Numbered from the stretch's first letter, positions 9,743 through 21,952 are shown. The stretch: DNA of 64,000 nucleotides from Nannocystis bainbridge (GCF_028368995.1 NZ_JAQNDL010000003.1:1536001-1600000); one strand, 5' to 3'. The notes: generated from the sequence alone by a model not told the origin. Numbers and translations: made by a program.

Positions 9743-10555
9743 GTGACCACGTTCGAGCAGATTCAACGCCAGCTCTGGGACTCCCTGATGGATCACGAGC
9801 GTCGGGTGTTCCTGCAGCTCATTCAGGACGAACTACCGACGCTCACCCTGCGCGAGCTCGGCGAGATCCTCACCAGCCCCGCCGCGCGCAGCGTCGGCGC
9901 CCTGCCGGTGACATCTCTGCTCAGCAACCCCACGGCCCAGGAGGTCGCTCCGCCGTCGGTGTCGAAGGTTCCGCGGCGGCCCGCCGCGCGTGTCGTCGAC
10001 AAGTCCGTCGATTCATCGGCGGCACCCCGCCCGCGATTGCGGCCGGTGTCGGCTCCGCAATCGCCGGTGTCGGCTCGCGTCCTCGCTGACGCCGAGGCCG
10101 CCGCCGCCGACGCCGCCCGGGCCATCGAGGCCGAGCTGGGCGCCCGCCCCGAGGCTCCCGCCTCCAATCAGGCGCCCAGGGCCGTGCGCGTCGAGGCCTC
10201 GGCAGCGCCGCGACGTCCGCGTCCGGAGCCCGCCCAGCTCGAGATCGCGCCGATCGCCGATCGCAGCAATGTCGACGTCGTGCGCAGCGCCATGTCTCGC
10301 ACGCTCGCCCAGCACAATCGCTTCGATCCCGACACCCTGGTCATGAACGCCCTGCGCACCACGGTCGAGCCGATCCGGGCCAAGGACCTGCGGCCGCGCG
10401 TCGGATTGCAGCCTGACGACCTGCGGGCCGTGCTCAATCGCCTGGTCAAGACCGGCGCCATCCGCCGCGAGGGCGAGGGCCCCGACACCGTCTATCAGGT
10501 CTTCACCGTCGCCGCTGCCAGCGCCGCCGCCGAGGCCGCCGCGCCGCTGGCCTGA
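9743..10555 (+). CDS. Hypothetical DNA-binding protein (helical N-terminus, Pro/Ala/Arg linker, C-terminal winged helix)
   Basis: C-terminal PIRAKDL...LRAVLNRLVKTGAIRREGEGPDTVY fits a wHTH. GTG start. Confidence 0.65.
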   Translation: MTTFEQIQRQLWDSLMDHERRVFLQLIQDELPTLTLRELGEILTSPAARSVGALPVTSLLSNPTAQEVAPPSVSKVPRRPAARVVDKSVDSSAAPRPRLRPVSAPQSPVSARVLADAEAAAADAARAIEAELGARPEAPASNQAPRAVRVEASAAPRRPRPEPAQLEIAPIADRSNVDVVRSAMSRTLAQHNRFDPDTLVMNALRTTVEPIRAKDLRPRVGLQPDDLRAVLNRLVKTGAIRREGEGPDTVYQVFTVAAASAAAEAAAPLA

Positions 10556-10710
10556 GCGTCGCTCCCCGCACCCAGGCGCGGCCCTCGTGCCTCGCGTGAT
10601 TCGCCCTCGGTAGATTCCCAGCACCTGCCTCTCACCTGTCTCTCGGGTCATCTCCGCAGTCGCGGCCCCTGCGCGCTGTCCGGCCCTCGCGCCGCCTGTT
10701 ACGCTGAGAC

Positions 10711-12474
10711 ATGCGCCTGCGCCCCCAGGTCCTCCGCGGCGGTACCGTGTTCGATGGCCTCGGCGGCCCGGCCCGCGCGCTCGACGTATTGGTCGACGAC
10801 GGCGCGATCTCAGCCCTTCTGCCACCGGGCACGGCCGTGGGGGACGACGTGGAGCGAGTCGACGCGCACGGCTGCTGGGTCACGCCTGGCTTCATCGACA
10901 TCCACACCCATTACGACGCCGAGCTCGAGCTATGGCCAGCGCTCGGCGAATCCGTGCGTCACGGCGTCACCACCGTGTTCCTCGGCAGCTGCGGATTGAG
11001 CCTGGCGGTCGGCGAGCCGGATGAATTGGCCGACATGTTCTGCCGGGTCGAGGGCATCCCGCGCGCCTGCGTCGCGCCGATGCTGGCCCGCGTCAAGGAC
11101 TGGGACGGGCCGGCCAACTATTTACAGCACCTGGAGCGGCTCCCGCTCGGTCCGCACGTGGCGGCATTGCTGGGGCATTCGGCGATCCGCGCCGCCGCCA
11201 TGGGCCTCGGCCGCAGCCTCGACGCGCGCGCCGCCGCCCGCCCCGACGAGCTCGCGCGCATGAAGGCGCTGCTGCACGAGGCCCTCGACGCCGGCTTCCT
11301 CGGCCTGTCGATCAACACCCTGCCGTGGGACAAGATGGACGGCCAGCAATTCCGCAGTCGCCCGACCCCTTCGGTGTTCGCCTCGTGGTCGGAGTATCGC
11401 GCCCTCGCCGGGGTCCTGCGCGCCCGCGGCCGCGTGCTCCAGGGCGTGCCCGACGTCTCGACCAAGTTCAACGTCCTGCTGTTCGCCGCTCTCAGCACCG
11501 GCCTCGGCCGCGCCGCGCTCAAGACCACCCTGATCGCCATGATGGACGCCCCGCCGGCCCGCGGCGTCCACCGCGTCGCCGGCGTATTGACGCGACTCGT
11601 CAATCACCTCTGCGGCGGCGACCTGCGGTTTCAGGCCCTGCCCAATCCTTTCGACATGTGGGTCGACGGCATCGAGGTCCCGGTGTTCGAGGAGTTCGCC
11701 GCCGGCACCGAGGCGCTCCACCTCGAGCACCCGGGCGATCGCGCCGCGCTCCTGCGCGATCCCGCCTACCGCCGGCGGTTCCGCCGGCAATGGCGCGATC
11801 GCCTGCGCGGCCGCGCCTACCACCGCGACCTCGGCCGCACCCGGATCCTCGCCTGTCCCGAAGACCAGCTGGTCGGCAAGTCGTTCGCCGAGGTCGCCGA
11901 ATCGCGCGGCCGCGACCCGATCGACACCCTCCTCGACCTGGTCGCCGAGCACGGCACTGCCCTGCGCTGGCAGACGAGCGTCGCCAACGACCGCCCCGAC
12001 CGGCTCGAGTGGATCGTCCGCCACCCGTTCGCCCAGATCGGCTTCTCCGACGCCGGCGCGCACCTGCGCAACATGGCCTATTACAACTTCCCGCTGCGCC
12101 TGCTGCGAATGGTCCGTGCCGCCGCCGCGCGCGGGCGCCCGATCATGAGCGTCGAGCGGGCCGTGCACCGCGTCACCGGCGAGCTCGCGGCATGGTTCGG
12201 CGTCGACGCCGGCCGGCTCGCCCCGGGCGCCCGCGCCGACCTCGTCGTCGTCGACCCCGAGGCCCTGGACGACCGCCTCGACGCCCTCCACGAGCAGCCC
12301 GTCGCCCCGCCCGCCGCCGGCGGCCCGTTCAGCGAGCTGCGGCGCCTGGTCCGCCGCAACGACGCCGCCGTGCGCCGCGTCCTCGTCGCCGGCCGCACGG
12401 CCTGGCAGGACGGCGCGCTCGCGCCCGAGCTCGGCCGCGAGCGCTTCGGCGCCGTGCTCCGCGCCGGCGCATGA
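10711..12474 (+). CDS. N-acyl-D-amino-acid deacylase / amidohydrolase
   Basis: GGTVFDG, PGFIDIHTHYD, SDAGAH and GARADLVV motifs. Confidence 0.92.
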   Translation: MRLRPQVLRGGTVFDGLGGPARALDVLVDDGAISALLPPGTAVGDDVERVDAHGCWVTPGFIDIHTHYDAELELWPALGESVRHGVTTVFLGSCGLSLAVGEPDELADMFCRVEGIPRACVAPMLARVKDWDGPANYLQHLERLPLGPHVAALLGHSAIRAAAMGLGRSLDARAAARPDELARMKALLHEALDAGFLGLSINTLPWDKMDGQQFRSRPTPSVFASWSEYRALAGVLRARGRVLQGVPDVSTKFNVLLFAALSTGLGRAALKTTLIAMMDAPPARGVHRVAGVLTRLVNHLCGGDLRFQALPNPFDMWVDGIEVPVFEEFAAGTEALHLEHPGDRAALLRDPAYRRRFRRQWRDRLRGRAYHRDLGRTRILACPEDQLVGKSFAEVAESRGRDPIDTLLDLVAEHGTALRWQTSVANDRPDRLEWIVRHPFAQIGFSDAGAHLRNMAYYNFPLRLLRMVRAAAARGRPIMSVERAVHRVTGELAAWFGVDAGRLAPGARADLVVVDPEALDDRLDALHEQPVAPPAAGGPFSELRRLVRRNDAAVRRVLVAGRTAWQDGALAPELGRERFGAVLRAGA

Positions 12475-12482
12475 ATCATCGC

Positions 12483-12668
12483 TGTCCCCGAGGACATTTT
12501 TTACAAAGGACATTCCCGAATCGCCGGATTCGGCACCGCGCTGGCGAACCGTCGACACCCGACGATGACGCGCCGATCGGTGAACCCCTCGAGGCGCCGT
12601 CACCGGCGCACACGGACATGTCCCCGCGGACATGTCCGTGAATCACCACTGACATGTCCCTACGGACA
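12483..12668. repeat. Cluster of 14-bp-period GACATGTC units
   Basis: TGTC-N6-GACA at 12483. GACATGTC at 12615, 12629 and 12651, then GACA at 12665. Bases 12611-12640 form a near-perfect palindrome. Confidence 0.9.
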
Positions 12669-12670
12669 GC

Positions 12671-13651
12671 TCACTTCTTCTCGCACTCGCCCGGGGCGGC
12701 GAGCCCGACCCCCGCGCTCAGGCGGGCGCAATCGTTGCCGTAGGTCTTGCCGTCGCAGCCGCACACCGGGGTGTAATCGAACGTGCACGCCTCGGGCTTG
12801 GCCCGGCAGGTCCCGCCGATGTCCGCGCCGCCGCACTGGCTCGGGTCGCAGAACTGGCCCTCGCCGCACGAGAGCCCGCGGCTCCCCCCGCACTCCGGGT
12901 TATCCGCCGCCGGCGCCGCCGCGCCCGCGCGCGTGTAGATCTCGCTGGTCACCAGCGCCGGCTTGGTCCCGTTCGGGCCCGTCACCTCCGACGGCGAGGC
13001 CGCGACGAGGATCCCCTCGACCGTCTCGTACATCACCTGGCGGACGGCGTCCTGAATCGCCTGCGACGCCCCGCTGGCCGCAAAATCGACGCCCGAGACC
13101 AGCGAGTCCCAGCCGGTGTTGAGGCGGAACGCGTGCGCCATCGGGCACGGCATCGCCGAGCACTTGGCATGGATCCCGCGCAGCCGATAAAACAGCCCCG
13201 TCGGCTCCGAGCCCACGCGCCCGACCCAGCCTTCGCTGACCTGCAGCACCCCGACGTCGGCGAAGTTCGGATCGGCCTCGCGCCCGATCGTCCCGCGGAC
13301 CAGCGCGTGCTTGTCGGCGAACGCCCCGAGGAACGTGTTCTGGTTGTCCGCGTCGAGCTTCAGCGCCGCCAGGTCGACGGTGCCGACGTAGCACTCCTTG
13401 GCGACCTTGCCGTCGGCGCAGGTCGTCTCGTCCTGATTGACGCGCTGGACGAAGAACCCGCCGCAGGCCGGCGCCGCGCACTTGCGGACATCGCGGCGCG
13501 TCACCACGTAGAACGTCTCCTGCTCGGCCGCGGCGGGCCCACTCCCATCGTGGTCCTCGTCAGGAGCCTTCGTCGCGGCGGGGCTACCGCACGCGGAAGA
13601 GAGCGACAAAACAGAGGCAAAGGCCAACAAGACAGACGATGAATTGTGCAT
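12671..13651 (-). CDS. Lipoprotein with DUF6748-like domain and C-terminal Kazal-type domain
   Basis: Lipobox SSAC; RRDVRKCAAPACGGFFV; Kazal pattern CTFDYTPVCGCDGKTYGNDC. Confidence 0.8.
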   Translation of the reverse strand: MHNSSSVLLAFASVLSLSSACGSPAATKAPDEDHDGSGPAAAEQETFYVVTRRDVRKCAAPACGGFFVQRVNQDETTCADGKVAKECYVGTVDLAALKLDADNQNTFLGAFADKHALVRGTIGREADPNFADVGVLQVSEGWVGRVGSEPTGLFYRLRGIHAKCSAMPCPMAHAFRLNTGWDSLVSGVDFAASGASQAIQDAVRQVMYETVEGILVAASPSEVTGPNGTKPALVTSEIYTRAGAAAPAADNPECGGSRGLSCGEGQFCDPSQCGGADIGGTCRAKPEACTFDYTPVCGCDGKTYGNDCARLSAGVGLAAPGECEKK

Positions 13652-14607
13652 GGCGATGAATGACCCCGCTGAGAGGCGCGGGAGTTCTATGCCATGAGAC
13701 GCACGGTGCAACGGCCCCGGCCTCGCGCTCGCTCGTGACATAACGATGCATCGCCCCCGCGATCCGCCGCCCGACGTACGCCGCTGGCCGCACCGCCGCG
13801 TACATCGGCGCCCTCGCCCGCGCCGCGATGAAAGGATGTCCTCGCAACAATGTCACGCGGATGTGACCGACCCCGCGCCGGTGATGCCGGCAAAAGCCGG
13901 CACCATGCCCGTTTACCGGAAGAACCTGTCCTTCGGGACATCTCCGTTCGACGCCCTTACACCTGCCCGGCCAAGTTCGCCGTCGACATGACGTCGCAAT
14001 CCTCACGGGACGAGGCCGCTCCGGCGACGGGCGAATGAACCCCGGCCTGGGCAAGCGACATGTCCCAAAAGACATGCACGCGCCGCGCGCCGATCGAGTG
14101 TCTATTTGACATCCACCTCGCTGCGAGCTCCGAGGAGCGGGAGCCCCCCCGGCTCTTCACATTAATATTCCCCCATGTTCGACCGCTCGCCCGCGGCGGC
14201 CAGCGAGACACCGTACCCGCGAGGTCCATGTCCCGGCTGGCTTGGGCTCATACACGACGCGCTCGGCCCGGGTGCGCCCGAGCCGACTTTTCGCTGACGA
14301 TCCGCGCGCCCGGTCGCGCGAGCGTGCGCGGATCGGGGCCTTCCCGCCGCTGCTGTTCATCGCCACGATCGAGCGCGAGCGCCGACAGATCGGTCACGCC
14401 GACGGGGCACTCCCATGGCCGCGATCCATCACCACATACAGTGGTGTCATGGTCGACTCGCCCGGCCGAGCCGCCGCACGCAAGGCGCTCACGCTCGCCG
14501 CGTCGGCTCCGGTGCTCGAAGGACTCGGGGCTCGTCCGCGAGCCCGCCCTCGGAACACCCGCTCTCTCCTACCGAGCCGCGCGAAACCGTCCTGGCGCTC
14601 CCCCCGC

Positions 14608-14649
14608 TTGACAACTCGGATGACGGCCATCATATTACGGGCGTCATCC
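14608..14649 (+). promoter_or_regulatory. Sigma70-like promoter overlapped by a probable TetR operator
   Basis: TTGACA (14608-14613), 17 bp, CATATT. Inverted repeats GGATGACG...CGTCATCC (14618-14649) and ATGA-N6-TCAT lie directly upstream of the TetR gene. Confidence 0.65.
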
Positions 14650-14673
14650 CAACCCGCCCGCGTGGAGGCTGTC

Positions 14674-15255
14674 GTGACCGTCCGAACCGAACAGAAAGAG
14701 CGCACCCGGCAAGACATCCTCGCCTCGGCGACTCGCCTGCTGCGCGAGCGCGGCATCGCCGGCGCCAGCGTGGCCGAGGTGATGAAGGGCGCCGGCCTCA
14801 CCGTCGGCGGCTTCTACGCTCACTTCGAATCCAAGGAGGCGCTGGTCTCCGCCTCGTTGCGGCAATCGCTGCACGAGCTGTGGAGCGGCCTGGTCGCCGG
14901 CGCCGGCAAGCTGCGCGGCGTCGAGGCGGTCTCCTACGTGGTCCGCCGCTACCTCTCGCGCGCCCACCGGGACAACCCCGGCGAGGGCTGCCCGCTGCCG
15001 GCCGTGGTCGCCGACGTGGCGCAGGCCGGCGAGGCCGTGCGCGAGGGCCTGGCCCACGAGCTCGGCGATTACGCCGACGCGCTCGCCGCTTGCATCACCG
15101 ACGACACCGCCGCCAGTCGTCAGCGCGCGCTCGCCCTGTTGTCCCTCATGTACGGCGGCCTCAGCCTCGCGCGCGCCCTCAAGGGCACCCCCGTCTCCGA
15201 CGAGATCCTCAAGTCCTGCCGCGATTTCGCGCGACAGGCGTTCACCAACGAATAG
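14674..15255 (+). CDS. TetR/AcrR family regulator
   Basis: TRQDILASA...GIAGASVAEVMKGAGLTVGGFYAHFESKEAL and GCPL. GTG start after GGAGG. Confidence 0.95.
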   Translation: MTVRTEQKERTRQDILASATRLLRERGIAGASVAEVMKGAGLTVGGFYAHFESKEALVSASLRQSLHELWSGLVAGAGKLRGVEAVSYVVRRYLSRAHRDNPGEGCPLPAVVADVAQAGEAVREGLAHELGDYADALAACITDDTAASRQRALALLSLMYGGLSLARALKGTPVSDEILKSCRDFARQAFTNE

Positions 15256-15273
15256 TCCCGGAGGACATGTATC

Positions 15274-16509
<1,236 letters not shown>

Positions 16510-16529
16510 ACCCCGAGGAGCTCCACGTC

Positions 16530-17009
16530 ATGTCTGCCAGCGATCCACCCCCGAAGAGCGAGACCCCGGTCATTCACCCGCGCGACTGGTTCGCGCGGGT
16601 GATGGCCGGGGAGCTCCCGCATCCGCCCATCGCCCGCCTCCTCGGCATTCGCATGCTGCGCGCCGAGGACGGGGTCGCCGCCGCCGAATTGCAGGCCGAC
16701 CCCGAGCGCCACGCCAACCCCATGGGCACCCTCCACGGCGGCGTCCTCTGCGACCTCGCCGACCTCGCCATGGGCACCGCCGTCGGCTCGATCCTCGAGC
16801 GCGGCGAATCGTTCACCACCCTCGAGCTCAAGGCCAACTATTTCAAGCCGGTGTGGAACCAGCGGCTCACCGCCAACGCGCGGATCGTCAAGCGCACCCG
16901 CACGATCTGCTACGTCGAATGCGACGTCGTCGACGACAAGCAGAGCCTCGTCGCCCGCCTCGCCAGCACCTGCATGATCCTGCGCGGCGACATGGCCGCC
17001 GGCCGCTGA
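16530..17009 (+). CDS. PaaI-family hotdog thioesterase
   Basis: [11 protein letters not shown]...ADLAMG and [17 protein letters not shown]. Confidence 0.92.
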   Translation: MSASDPPPKSETPVIHPRDWFARVMAGELPHPPIARLLGIRMLRAEDGVAAAELQADPERHANPMGTLHGGVLCDLADLAMGTAVGSILERGESFTTLELKANYFKPVWNQRLTANARIVKRTRTICYVECDVVDDKQSLVARLASTCMILRGDMAAGR

Positions 17010-17019
17010 TCCGCCGCCT

Positions 17020-17715
17020 TCACGGGCAGCGCGGGTCGGCCATCTGGACCATCTCGATCTGCTCGGGCGTGAACGGCAGCGGGTCGCAGCCGTGGCCGGA
17101 CTCGCAGATCCGGTCCCACTGCGGCGCCGCCTTGGCGTGGCAGCCGAAGCAATTGCCGCCGAAGCCGTTGACGACGTCCTGGGTGCCGCGCGCCATGATC
17201 GTCGTGCCCTGCGCCGACACCTCGAGCGCGAAGAACTCCCAGTCCGAATTGTCCGGGGCCCAGCCCGTCGCCCGCTTGACCATCGCCTCGCCGGGGATCA
17301 GCTGAATCACGGTACCGACCGGATAGACCCCGCCGCTCGGGTCGTTGGCGACCTCGAGGGCCTCGTCCAAATGGCCGAGCATGTTCGTCAGGCGGAACTT
17401 GCGGACCTTCTCCCATTCGAGCAAGCACACGAAGTCCTCGGCCTGCATGTCGAGGTCCTCGCCGCTCGCCGTGGTGCTGCTCGACGCGTCATCGGTCGTG
17501 CTGCTGCTGCTCGACTCGCTGCCGGTCGTGCTGCCGGTCGTGCTCCCGGTCGTGCTCCCGCCCGTCGTCGGCGCCTCGCCGGGACCCGTCGTCGGCGCGC
17601 CGGTCGAGGTGCCCGCCGTCTCGGTTCCGGTCGCGGCCGCGGTCGTCGTGCCCCCGCTCTCCCCGCACGCGGACACGAAGAGGAGGACCAGAAGAGCAGA
17701 CAGGCGGCTGGGCAT
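17020..17715 (-). CDS. Lipoprotein with cytochrome P460-like c-type haem domain
   Basis: Lipobox VSAC, Thr/Ser-rich linker, YPVGTVI...MVKR...DWEFF...CFGCH. Confidence 0.7.
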   Translation of the reverse strand: MPSRLSALLVLLFVSACGESGGTTTAAATGTETAGTSTGAPTTGPGEAPTTGGSTTGSTTGSTTGSESSSSSTTDDASSSTTASGEDLDMQAEDFVCLLEWEKVRKFRLTNMLGHLDEALEVANDPSGGVYPVGTVIQLIPGEAMVKRATGWAPDNSDWEFFALEVSAQGTTIMARGTQDVVNGFGGNCFGCHAKAAPQWDRICESGHGCDPLPFTPEQIEMVQMADPRCP

Positions 17716-17796
17716 GGCGCACCATCGCCAATCTCCCGCGCGCTTGGCAAGCGGGCCCGCGAGGCCCCCGGCGCGAAACCGCGAGCGCGGCGCGCC

Positions 17797-18729
17797 CTAT
17801 CTCCGGCGCATCACCGCGAACAGCTCCTGGCCGTGGCGGATCAGCGTCGACCCCTGCGCCACCGCCAGCTGCTCGATCGTGAAGCGCGGCGCGAACCGGC
17901 GCTCGACCTCGGCGCGGTCGGTCGTGAACGGCGGCCCGCCCGGGCGGCCGTGGGCGTAGAACAGCCCCACCAGCAAACCGCCGGGCTGCAGCGAATCCGC
18001 CACCGCCGTCACGTAGTCGTCGCGGCGGGCCGGATCGATCGCGCAGAAGCAGGTGTGCTCGACCACCAGGTCGAACGCCGGGGGCGAGCCCATGCGCGCG
18101 AACAGGTCCGCCACCGCGAACGCGATCGTCAGCTCCGGCGGCGTCATCGCCTGCGCCTGTGCGATCGCCGTCGGCGCCAGATCGATCGCCGTCACCGTCG
18201 CCCCGAGCCGCGCCAACAGCCGCGCCTCGTGCCCGCGGCCGCACCCGGGCACCAATGCTCGCATGCCCTCGGGGACATGTCCCGAGAACCATGTCACAAG
18301 CGGCGGCGCGGCCCGCCCGAGCTCCCAGCCGCCGGCGTTCGCCACGAACAGCGGGTCCCAGAACCTGGCCTCGCCCGGCCCGGCGCCAGCGACATCGGGC
18401 GCGCGCACCAGCAGCTCGCCGCGGATCGCCCGGGCCACCGGCGCGACCAGGTCGACCAGCGCCTCGAACTCCGCCGACGTCAGCCGCAGCCCCGGGTTCG
18501 CCGCGTCGGCCCGTGACAGCGTCGCCTGGCGGGCGAACGCATCGACCGCCAGCGCGCGCACCGGCGCCCCCGCCTGCCGCTCGAGCGCCGCCCACAGCGG
18601 CTCCGCGACCGCGTCGACCCGCGCGTAGGCCTCGCCCTCGAGGTCGCGGCCCTGCTCGCCGCGGGCGCCGACGACGACCGCGCGCACGTGATGGTCGGGT
18701 CGATGGAGCTTGAACGAACGGAGGTCCAC
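17797..18729 (-). CDS. TPMT/halide-methyltransferase-like SAM-dependent methyltransferase with N-terminal extension
   Basis: FWD....GGWELG, LVPGCGRGHE, EHTCFCAIDP and GGPPF. Start codon uncertain. Confidence 0.85.
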   Translation of the reverse strand: MDLRSFKLHRPDHHVRAVVVGARGEQGRDLEGEAYARVDAVAEPLWAALERQAGAPVRALAVDAFARQATLSRADAANPGLRLTSAEFEALVDLVAPVARAIRGELLVRAPDVAGAGPGEARFWDPLFVANAGGWELGRAAPPLVTWFSGHVPEGMRALVPGCGRGHEARLLARLGATVTAIDLAPTAIAQAQAMTPPELTIAFAVADLFARMGSPPAFDLVVEHTCFCAIDPARRDDYVTAVADSLQPGGLLVGLFYAHGRPGGPPFTTDRAEVERRFAPRFTIEQLAVAQGSTLIRHGQELFAVMRRR

Positions 18730-18783
18730 GCGCGCGAACTTTGGCCGGTCCACCCCGTCGTCGCAAGCGTTATCCTCGCGGCC

Positions 18784-19587
18784 ATGGAGCTCCACGACCT
18801 CCTCGCTCGCCTGTGGCGCGACTACGCCGCCTTGAACCCGCAGGTCGAGCGGGTCGGCGCCCTCCTTGCCGGGGCCGGCGAGCGCGTCGTCCACGACCAC
18901 ATCGCCCTGCGCACCTGGGGCGACCCGCGCTGCGACATCGAAGCGCTGGCGCGCCCGTTCGTGCGCGCCGGCTACCGCGCCGCCGGGGCCTACCGCTTCG
19001 CCGAGAAGCGCCTGGTCGCCCGCCACTTCGCCCACGACGACCCCGCGCTCCCGCTCGTCTTCATCAGCGAGCTGATCCTCGCCGAGTTCTCGCCTGACCT
19101 TCAGGACAGGGTGAGATGTCTCCTCGAACAGGTCCCCGAGGACATGTTCCAGGCGCCAGACCTGTGCGCGCGCGGCCGCCCGTGGAGGGTCGCCCACGCC
19201 GAGGTCGAGGCCCTGCGGCGCGAGAGCGAGTACGCCGCCTGGCTGGCCGCGTTCGGCTGGCGGGCCAACCACTTCACCGTCGCCGTCCACGAGCTCGCAA
19301 ACCTGTCCGAATTGCCCGCTCTCGACGCCTTCCTCGTCGCCCACGGCCTGCGCCTCAACACGGCAGGCGGCGAGATCAAGGGCTCGCCGGCGCAGGGCCT
19401 CGAGCAGTCGTCGACCCTGGCCGACGTCGTCGAAGTCGAATTCAGCGACGGCACCTTCGCCGTGCCCGCCTGCTACTACGAGTTCGCGCGCCGCTGGCCC
19501 GGCCCCGACGGCCGCCAGTTCCGCGGCTTCATCGAGGGCTCGGCCGACAAGATCTTCGAGAGCACCGACCGGGACTCCGCGTCGTGA
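18784..19587 (+). CDS. DUF1338 family protein (2-oxoadipate dioxygenase/decarboxylase-like)
   Basis: HDHIALRT, ESEYAAW, NHFT, LEQSST and YYEFARR. Confidence 0.88.
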   Translation: MELHDLLARLWRDYAALNPQVERVGALLAGAGERVVHDHIALRTWGDPRCDIEALARPFVRAGYRAAGAYRFAEKRLVARHFAHDDPALPLVFISELILAEFSPDLQDRVRCLLEQVPEDMFQAPDLCARGRPWRVAHAEVEALRRESEYAAWLAAFGWRANHFTVAVHELANLSELPALDAFLVAHGLRLNTAGGEIKGSPAQGLEQSSTLADVVEVEFSDGTFAVPACYYEFARRWPGPDGRQFRGFIEGSADKIFESTDRDSAS

Positions 19588-19922
19588 GCCCGTGAGGGCG
19601 AAGCGACCGCCGCGCCCCGGGCCCGACGCGCCCCGCGAACCGCGAGTCCGCGGGGCACCCGATCGCCGGGCTCCGCCGTGGCAATGCCACGGCGTCGGCC
19701 TCGCGTGGACCCGCGACGCCGTCGTCGCCGTGGATCTCCCCGACCTCGAGCGACCGCCCTGCAAGGCCGACAGGTCCACGCACAGGCCCAAACTCGTCGA
19801 TGCGCCGCGCCAGGCGCCCGTGGGCGCGACTCGCGAGCCTGGTGAGCCGCCGCAGCGATGAGCCATCGCACGCCCGGCGGGCTTCTGCGCCGGCGCCGAG
19901 CGATGCCACCCTTTGCTCCGAC

Positions 19923-21082
<1,160 letters not shown>

Positions 21083-21083
<1 letters not shown>

Positions 21084-21146
21084 GGCTGTCCTGCGGGGCA
21101 TGTCCCCGAGGACCTGCGCCATCGGGCATGTCCTCACGGACATGCC
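21083..21146. repeat. Five-unit 14-bp-period GACATGTC-like array
   Basis: Units start at 21083, 21097, 21111, 21125 and 21139. Confidence 0.88.
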
Positions 21147-21153
21147 CCTTCGT

Positions 21154-21915
21154 TCACGTCAGCACCCGCGACCCGTCGGCCGTCACGCAGAGGGTGTGCT
21201 CGAACTGGGCGCTCCACTTGCGGTCGGCGGTGACCACCGTCCAGCCGTCCTTCAGCACCTCGACCTCCGGGGTCCCGACGGTCAGCATCGGCTCGATCGT
21301 GAACACCATCCCCTCGCGCAGGCGCAGTCCCGTGCCGGCGCGGCCGACGTGGGCGATGTGCGGCGCCTCGTGCATGTGGCGGCCGATCCCGTGGCCGCCG
21401 AAGTCGCTGACCACCCCGTAGCCGCCGCGCCGCGCGACCTCGACGATCGCCGCGCCGATGTCGCCGAGCCGCGCCCCTGGCCGCACCGCCGCGATCCCGG
21501 CGTCGCGGGCCGCTCGCGTGGTCGTGACCAGCCGCTCCGCCTCCGCCGAGACCGCGCCGATGCAGAACGTCGCCGAGGTGTCGCCGTGGAACCCGTCGAG
21601 CTCGGTCGTCACGTCGACGTTGACGATGTCGCCGTCCTGCAGCACCACGTCGGCCCGCGGCACCCCGTGACACACCACCTCGTTGCGGCTCGTGCACACG
21701 CTCGCCGGAAACGGCCCCGGCCCCGCCCCGCGGTAGCCCAGCTGACTCGGCCGCCCGCCCCGCCGCGCGGTGTCCTCGCGCACCCACCCGTCGATCTGCC
21801 CCGTCGTCACCCCCGCGCGCAGCCGCTCCGCCACGTACGCCAGCGTACCTGCCGCCGCCGCCCCCGCGCGCTCGATCGCCGCGATCTCCCGCGGCCCGTA
21901 AATCGTCACCGACAT
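21154..21915 (-). CDS. map: Methionine aminopeptidase type I
   Basis: CTSRNEVVCHG, DIVNVDVT, GFHGDTS, GHGIG, FTIEPM and SAQFEHT. Confidence 0.96.
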   Translation of the reverse strand: MSVTIYGPREIAAIERAGAAAAGTLAYVAERLRAGVTTGQIDGWVREDTARRGGRPSQLGYRGAGPGPFPASVCTSRNEVVCHGVPRADVVLQDGDIVNVDVTTELDGFHGDTSATFCIGAVSAEAERLVTTTRAARDAGIAAVRPGARLGDIGAAIVEVARRGGYGVVSDFGGHGIGRHMHEAPHIAHVGRAGTGLRLREGMVFTIEPMLTVGTPEVEVLKDGWTVVTADRKWSAQFEHTLCVTADGSRVLT

Positions 21916-21952
21916 GCCCGCGAGCCTGCGCCGGACCGCCCGCGGCGGTCCA

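Noticed and set aside
12614-12637. GGACATGTCC matches the p53 half-site RRRCATGYYY
   Set aside because: No p53-like protein is evident and the spacing differs; treated as coincidence.
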